Made by a program: the position numbers and the translations under genes | Assembly: GCA_963699545.1 (NCBI GenBank) | Contig: CAVOUE010000005.1 | Span: forward strand, 448,001 to 512,000 | Origin: Nitrospirota bacterium | GTDB lineage: Bacteria > Nitrospirota > Thermodesulfovibrionia > Thermodesulfovibrionales > UBA9159 | Reading direction: 5' to 3' | Length of the DNA stretch: 64,000 nucleotides | Notes under the pieces: generated by a model | The model's database searches: none | Seen by the model: only the letters and a program-made list of their open reading frames with translations | What the model was told of the DNA's origin: nothing | Shown: one piece after another, positions 59,263 to 64,000 of the stretch | How positions within the stretch are numbered: the stretch's first letter is position 1 | Layout of the letters: each line of letters opens with the position of its first letter

Positions 59263-59805
59263 CTACTCCAGCACCTTCCCCATCAGGACCTCATCGAAAT
59301 ACTCATTCCCCAGCCAGAACCTCTTCAGCCTTGTACCTTCTTCCTGAAATCCGGCGCGGCTGAAGAGATGGAGGGAACGCTTGTTCGTGGTAAAAATGCT
59401 GGCCTCCAGTTTCTTGAAGCCGTGCTCCTTTGCCCATGCATCCACATACTGCAGCATCTGAGAACCGATGCCGAACCCGCGGTATGTCTCAGCGAGATGA
59501 AGCCCGGTCTTGAGGATATGCGCGGTGCGGGGGTTGTCCCCTTCGTCCGCCTGAAAAGCAGCAAGGCTTCCCACCACCTCGCCTCTGGCAGTGGCTACCA
59601 GGAGAAGGCACTTCTTGCAATCTATCAGGCGGATATATTCCTTTTCCGAGTCCGCGCTCTTGCCATACTGCTCCATCAGGATATAGCTTCGCTCCACAGA
59701 CGTGGATTTGATCGTCCTGACGATCGCTGCAGCATCCTCCGGCACAGCCGGCCTGAGGGTGACCTCTTCATTGTTTTTCGCCAGGAACTTCTGAGCCTCT
59801 TCCAT
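59263..59805 (-). CDS. GNAT family N-acetyltransferase
   Basis: TLRPAVPEDA, YRGFGIGSQM, NKRSLHLF; start re-set to MEEAQ. Confidence 0.9.
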   Translation of the reverse strand: MEEAQKFLAKNNEEVTLRPAVPEDAAAIVRTIKSTSVERSYILMEQYGKSADSEKEYIRLIDCKKCLLLVATARGEVVGSLAAFQADEGDNPRTAHILKTGLHLAETYRGFGIGSQMLQYVDAWAKEHGFKKLEASIFTTNKRSLHLFSRAGFQEEGTRLKRFWLGNEYFDEVLMGKVLE

Positions 59806-59961
59806 ACCCAATCCTTCCTTTCGCTTCATTATACATCGAACTCGTGCTCCCCACAATAGGAGCAGCGGGAACGCAGGGAAAAACCTGTGGTAATGCTGCG
59901 AAGAAATTGATATAATCATTTCTACGATCAACGCATTCAGCCCGCGCTTGATATATATGCC

Positions 59962-61371
59962 ATGAACGAATACAGAATAGAAAAAGATTCCCTTGGAGAG
60001 GTCAGAGTCCCGAACGATGCCTACTGGGGTGCGCAGACCCAGAGGGCCGTGGAGAACTTCCCTGTGAGCGGCATCGTCTTTCCTCCGGTCTTCATCCGCT
60101 CAATCGGTCTGATAAAGCATGCATGCGCACGTGTCAATCAGGAGCTTGGTCTTCTGGAACCACGCATCGCGGACGCCATAATCCGTGCATGTGACGGGAT
60201 CATCGCAGGCACGTTCCATGACCAGTTCCCCCTGGATATTTTTCAGACGGGTTCCGGCACATCCACCAATATGAACGCCAATGAGGTCATCGCCACCCGG
60301 GCGAACGAGATCCTCACCGGCACAAAGCACACTGGGAAGCCCGTGCATCCTAACGACCATGTGAACATGGGACAGTCATCCAATGATGTCATCCCGACTG
60401 CGATCCACGTGTCTGCCTGTCTCCAGACAAAGGAACGCCTTATCCCTGCCATGAAGGTTCTCCATGCTGCCATCAGGGACAAAGAAAAGAAATATAGTGC
60501 TCTCGTAAAGACGGGCCGGACCCATCTCATGGATGCCATGCCGATAACCCTGGGACAGGAGATGTCGGGATGGGCTGCCCAGATAGAGTGTTCCATTGGA
60601 AGGATCGAAGGCGCGATTCCTGGACTTGCGGAACTGGCCATAGGCGGCACCGCGGTCGGCACAGGGATAAATGCGCAGCCGGGGTTCGGTGAAAGGGTGG
60701 CGAAGAAGTTGACCGGGCTGACAAAGATAGAATTTGCAGAAGCAAAGAACCATTTTGAAGCGCAGTCTTCACAGGACGCCGTGGTCGGGCTTTCGGGCCA
60801 GCTTAAGACGTATGCCTCAAGCCTTATGAAGATAGCCAATGACCTGCGATGGATGAACAGCGGCCCTATGGCAGGGCTGGGAGAGATACGGCTTCCCTCC
60901 CTTCAGCCCGGCTCATCCATAATGCCGGGGAAAGTGAACCCGGTGATCCCTGAAGCCGCACGGATGGTGTCCGTCCAGGTAATGGGAAACGATGTGGTCA
61001 TTACGCTTTCCAACGCCATGGGAGATTTCCAGCTCAATGTAATGCTTCCCGTAATAGCGCATAACATCATCCAGTCCGTCACTATCCTTGCAAACATCTC
61101 CCGCCTCATGGCAGAGAAAGCCATAGAAGGCTTCAGCGTGAATGAGGAGCATATCATCGAACTTGTCCACAGGAATCCCATCATCGCGACGGTGCTGAAC
61201 CCTATCATAGGCTATGATAAAGCAGCAGAGGTGGTGAAAAAGGCCTTAAAAGAGAAGAAGACCGTAAAGCAGGTGGTGCTGGAGCTGGGATATCTCACCG
61301 CAGAGGAAGCAGACAGGATTCTGAATCCCGGAATAATGACGAGACCGGGATGTTCAGGAAAAGGAGATTGA
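59962..61371 (+). CDS. fumC: Class II fumarate hydratase
   Basis: WGAQTQR, QTGSGTSTNMNANE, GRTHLMDA, GSSIMPGKVNP. Confidence 0.95.
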   Translation: MNEYRIEKDSLGEVRVPNDAYWGAQTQRAVENFPVSGIVFPPVFIRSIGLIKHACARVNQELGLLEPRIADAIIRACDGIIAGTFHDQFPLDIFQTGSGTSTNMNANEVIATRANEILTGTKHTGKPVHPNDHVNMGQSSNDVIPTAIHVSACLQTKERLIPAMKVLHAAIRDKEKKYSALVKTGRTHLMDAMPITLGQEMSGWAAQIECSIGRIEGAIPGLAELAIGGTAVGTGINAQPGFGERVAKKLTGLTKIEFAEAKNHFEAQSSQDAVVGLSGQLKTYASSLMKIANDLRWMNSGPMAGLGEIRLPSLQPGSSIMPGKVNPVIPEAARMVSVQVMGNDVVITLSNAMGDFQLNVMLPVIAHNIIQSVTILANISRLMAEKAIEGFSVNEEHIIELVHRNPIIATVLNPIIGYDKAAEVVKKALKEKKTVKQVVLELGYLTAEEADRILNPGIMTRPGCSGKGD

Positions 61372-61425
61372 CGGTTTTCTGGAACTGACATACCCCGGGG
61401 AAATCCCCGACGCGTTCTCCCCTGC

Positions 61426-62124
61426 CTATTTTCCGCCCCTGTTTTTCGCTTTCAGGACGGAAGTGATGTCTCCCATGATATTCCTGGCGTTGATCTTCAC
61501 TGCTCTATATGTTCGTTCCAGTTCGGACGCAAGCCCGCTGAAGTCACCCTTCCCCTTGGTCCTTATCACAACGCTCCGGTACCCTTCCCTCACTTTTTCA
61601 TAGGACGTTAGAATGCTCTGGAGCCGGAAGCCGCGATTCCTGATGATATCCGCCACATCTCGTATGGAACCCGGCCTGTCTTCGACGATGAGGTAAATCC
61701 GGTTTCCCCCGTGCCGCACTCCGGTGATGTCAACGAGGACACGGAAGATATCCCTGTCGGAGATGATACCCACGAGTGTGCCGTCCTCCAGCACCGGCAG
61801 GCAACCGACCCCGTGATCGTACATCACCATCGCAGCCTCTTCAACAGGAGTTTCACGTGAAGTCGTAATCACCCTGGTCTTCATGAGTTCCCTCACCTTT
61901 GTTTTTGCCAGGAGATAGTGGAGTTCGTACATGTCCAGCGTGGTGGCCCTGGAAGGACTGAATTCCTTTATGTCCCTGTCCGAAATGATACCTTTCAGCT
62001 TTCCCTCTTTCACGACAGGAACATGCTTTATTCCCTTTTCCCTCATCAGCCCCACTGCATCAGTAACACTGTCATCGGGGCTCAAGGTAAAAACCTTTCT
62101 GGTCATCCAATGAGATACATACAT
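61426..62124 (-). CDS. CBS-pair plus ACT domain protein (AcuB-like)
   Basis: Two CBS domains, EDRPG ACT motif. Confidence 0.88.
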   Translation of the reverse strand: MYVSHWMTRKVFTLSPDDSVTDAVGLMREKGIKHVPVVKEGKLKGIISDRDIKEFSPSRATTLDMYELHYLLAKTKVRELMKTRVITTSRETPVEEAAMVMYDHGVGCLPVLEDGTLVGIISDRDIFRVLVDITGVRHGGNRIYLIVEDRPGSIRDVADIIRNRGFRLQSILTSYEKVREGYRSVVIRTKGKGDFSGLASELERTYRAVKINARNIMGDITSVLKAKNRGGK

Positions 62125-62232
62125 ATAAAACCTCCTCCAGGGTTCAAGGACTCAAGGATCAGAGGGGTCAAGTGAAAAGACCTCGCTCACTCGAACCCCG
62201 GGACCCCCGGCCCCTTGAATCCTTCCTATAAC

Positions 62233-62937
62233 TTACACTCCCAGATACGCTGCCCTCACATGCTCGTCATTGAGCAATGCCTGCCCTGTCCCCTGAAGGG
62301 TTATTTTGCCGGTCTCGAGCACATAAGCCCTGTCAGCTATCGAAAGGGTCTGCTTCGTATTCTGCTCTACGACAAGAACCGTGGTTCCCTCTTCACGTAT
62401 TTTTTTTATGACATTGAATATCTCTCGGACAAGGATAGGGGCGAGGCCCAGAGAAGGCTCATCGAACATCAGCAGTTTCGGCAATGACATCAGCCCTCTC
62501 CCTATCGCGACCATCTGCTGCTCACCGCCGCTCAATGTGCCCGCAAGCTGCCTTCTGCGTTCCTTGAGCCTCGGGAAGAGCCCAAATACCATCTCTTTCG
62601 TCTTCTGTCTCTGTCTCTTCGCATCGCCTTTCAGGGAACCCATGTCAAGGTTCTCCTCCACCGTCATCTCCACAAAGAGTCTTCTCGCTTCGGGACAGAG
62701 GGCCATTCCCATCTCTATGAGCCTGTATGCCTCGACTTTGTGGATGGGAGTGCCTTCAAAGAGGATATCTCCCTTCCTCGGTCTCAATATCCCGGAAACC
62801 GTCTTCAGGGTAGTGGATTTCCCTGCTCCGTTCGCACCGATAAGGGCAACCACCTCCCCCTTCTTCACATCAAAGGAAACATCCCAGATCACCTGGACAT
62901 CGCCATAAAAGACGTCGATATTTCTTATCTCAAGCAC
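62233..62937 (-). CDS. livF: Branched-chain amino acid ABC transporter ATPase
   Basis: GANGAGKS, LSGGEQQM, DEPSLGLAP; GTG start at 62937. Confidence 0.95.
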   Translation of the reverse strand: MLEIRNIDVFYGDVQVIWDVSFDVKKGEVVALIGANGAGKSTTLKTVSGILRPRKGDILFEGTPIHKVEAYRLIEMGMALCPEARRLFVEMTVEENLDMGSLKGDAKRQRQKTKEMVFGLFPRLKERRRQLAGTLSGGEQQMVAIGRGLMSLPKLLMFDEPSLGLAPILVREIFNVIKKIREEGTTVLVVEQNTKQTLSIADRAYVLETGKITLQGTGQALLNDEHVRAAYLGV

Positions 62938-63652
62938 TTTTTTCCTCTCCGAGGTAGGCTTCAACAACGAGAGGGTTGTTTGCTATCTCATGTGGTGTTC
63001 CCTCGGCGATCTTTTCACCATAGTTGAGAACCACTATCCGGTCCGAAATGGCCATGATGACCTTCATGTGGTGCTCAATGATCATTATCGTTATCCCTCT
63101 TTCTTTTATCTTCCGTATGATCCCAATGGATTCATCAAGCTCATGCGGGTTAAGCCCTGCGAAGGACTCGTCCAGAAGAAGCATTTCGGGTTGCGTGGCA
63201 AGCGCCCTTGATATCTCGAGCTTCTTTCTCTTCCCGAGCGGGAGGCCCTTCGAAATAACATCCCTGTCATCAAGGAGACCGGTAAACGTGATCGTTTCCA
63301 AAGCTATCTCCACGGCCTGAGCCCTGCTCTTCACTCTCATGAAAGCGGAGGCGATGACATTGTCAAGGACGCTCATCCTCTGGAGCGGCTTTACCACCTG
63401 AAAGGTCCTGGCGATCCCAAGCTTGCAGATCTGATGGGGCTTCAGACCGGATATCTTCTTCTCCTGAAAAAAAACCTCTCCCTTTGTGGGCTTGTAGAAC
63501 CCGTTCACTACGTTAAAAAGGGTCGTCTTGCCCGCGCCGTTCGGTCCGATCAGTCCGAGGATATCTCCTTTCCTGATGTCAAATGAGACTCCGCTCACCG
63601 CAGCAAGGCCGCCGAAGAACATTGACACCTTCTCGACGTGAAGCAAACTCAT
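62930..63652 (-). CDS. livG: Branched-chain amino acid ABC transporter ATPase
   Basis: FGGLAAV, GPNGAGKTT, ARTFQ, IEH. Confidence 0.95.
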   Translation of the reverse strand: MSLLHVEKVSMFFGGLAAVSGVSFDIRKGDILGLIGPNGAGKTTLFNVVNGFYKPTKGEVFFQEKKISGLKPHQICKLGIARTFQVVKPLQRMSVLDNVIASAFMRVKSRAQAVEIALETITFTGLLDDRDVISKGLPLGKRKKLEISRALATQPEMLLLDESFAGLNPHELDESIGIIRKIKERGITIMIIEHHMKVIMAISDRIVVLNYGEKIAEGTPHEIANNPLVVEAYLGEEKSA

Positions 63653-64000
63653 GATGATGTCCTCCCCAAGCCTACCAGCCTTTTCAGCTTCTTAAAATCG
63701 CCCACTATACCGTTGGGCAGGAAGATGATGATCACGATCAGCAGTATCCCGAAGAACGTCTGGTGCGCTGCGCCGAGGCCGGGAATGGACCGCACCCATT
63801 CCGCGAGCAGGACCATGATCACCGCGCCCACAAACGGTCCCCAGAATGTAGCGACACCACCCACCATAACGATCATGATGGTGATGATCGATATATCGTG
63901 CAGGCCAAAGACAACATTGGGGTCAATATATCCCATGTAGTTCATATAGAACGCGCCGGCAATTCCGGTAAGAGCGCCGCTGATGCACAATGCTATCGTT
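63649..64000 (-). CDS. livM: Branched-chain amino acid ABC transporter permease (partial, 5' end outside window)
   Basis: VGGVATFWGPFVGA, FLPNGIVG. Confidence 0.9.
   Translation of the reverse strand, partial: TIALCISGALTGIAGAFYMNYMGYIDPNVVFGLHDISIITIMIVMVGGVATFWGPFVGAVIMVLLAEWVRSIPGLGAAHQTFFGILLIVIIIFLPNGIVGDFKKLKRLVGLGRTSS

Overview
About 64 kb of a bacterial chromosome of moderate GC. Gene content and style suggest Nitrospirota (Thermodesulfovibrionia-like) or a similar anaerobe; this is inference only. The housekeeping backbone is moeB/tusA/hom, PBP1A, ftsY, nagZ, cspA, tRNA-Val/tRNA-Asp, DEAD helicase-rpsU-RRM, mutS2, gltA, uvrA, apbE, yacG, dapB, fumC and livFGM. Four accessory regions interrupt it. 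(1) 5.1-11.1 kb: a fused R-M plus S-subunit restriction system followed by toxin-antitoxin cassettes, each starting at a repeated 20-bp motif that encodes the C-terminus of a type IIG-like RM protein, and ending in a RAYT transposase. (2) 13.9-20.9 kb: a sigma54-controlled rhodanese / sulfate-exporter-family operon with a heme-c sensor kinase. (3) 22.1-29 kb: an island behind tRNA-Asp with an IS3, an IPTL-CTERM protein, a Tat-exported vanadium haloperoxidase and a c-di-GMP-I riboswitch. (4) 51-59 kb: an AT-richer island with DNA methylase, sigma-like factor, small HTH-like protein, ImmA/IrrE peptidase, NurA-like nuclease, HerA ATPase, two DUF488 and a dual-OB protein. In region 4 a 31-bp promoter-like motif occurs once inside the sigma gene and once in front of nurA-herA. 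Regions 4 and 1 are the best candidates for undescribed systems. mutS2, gltA and uvrA carry five frameshifts, probably assembly errors. All family calls come from motif recognition, not database searches.
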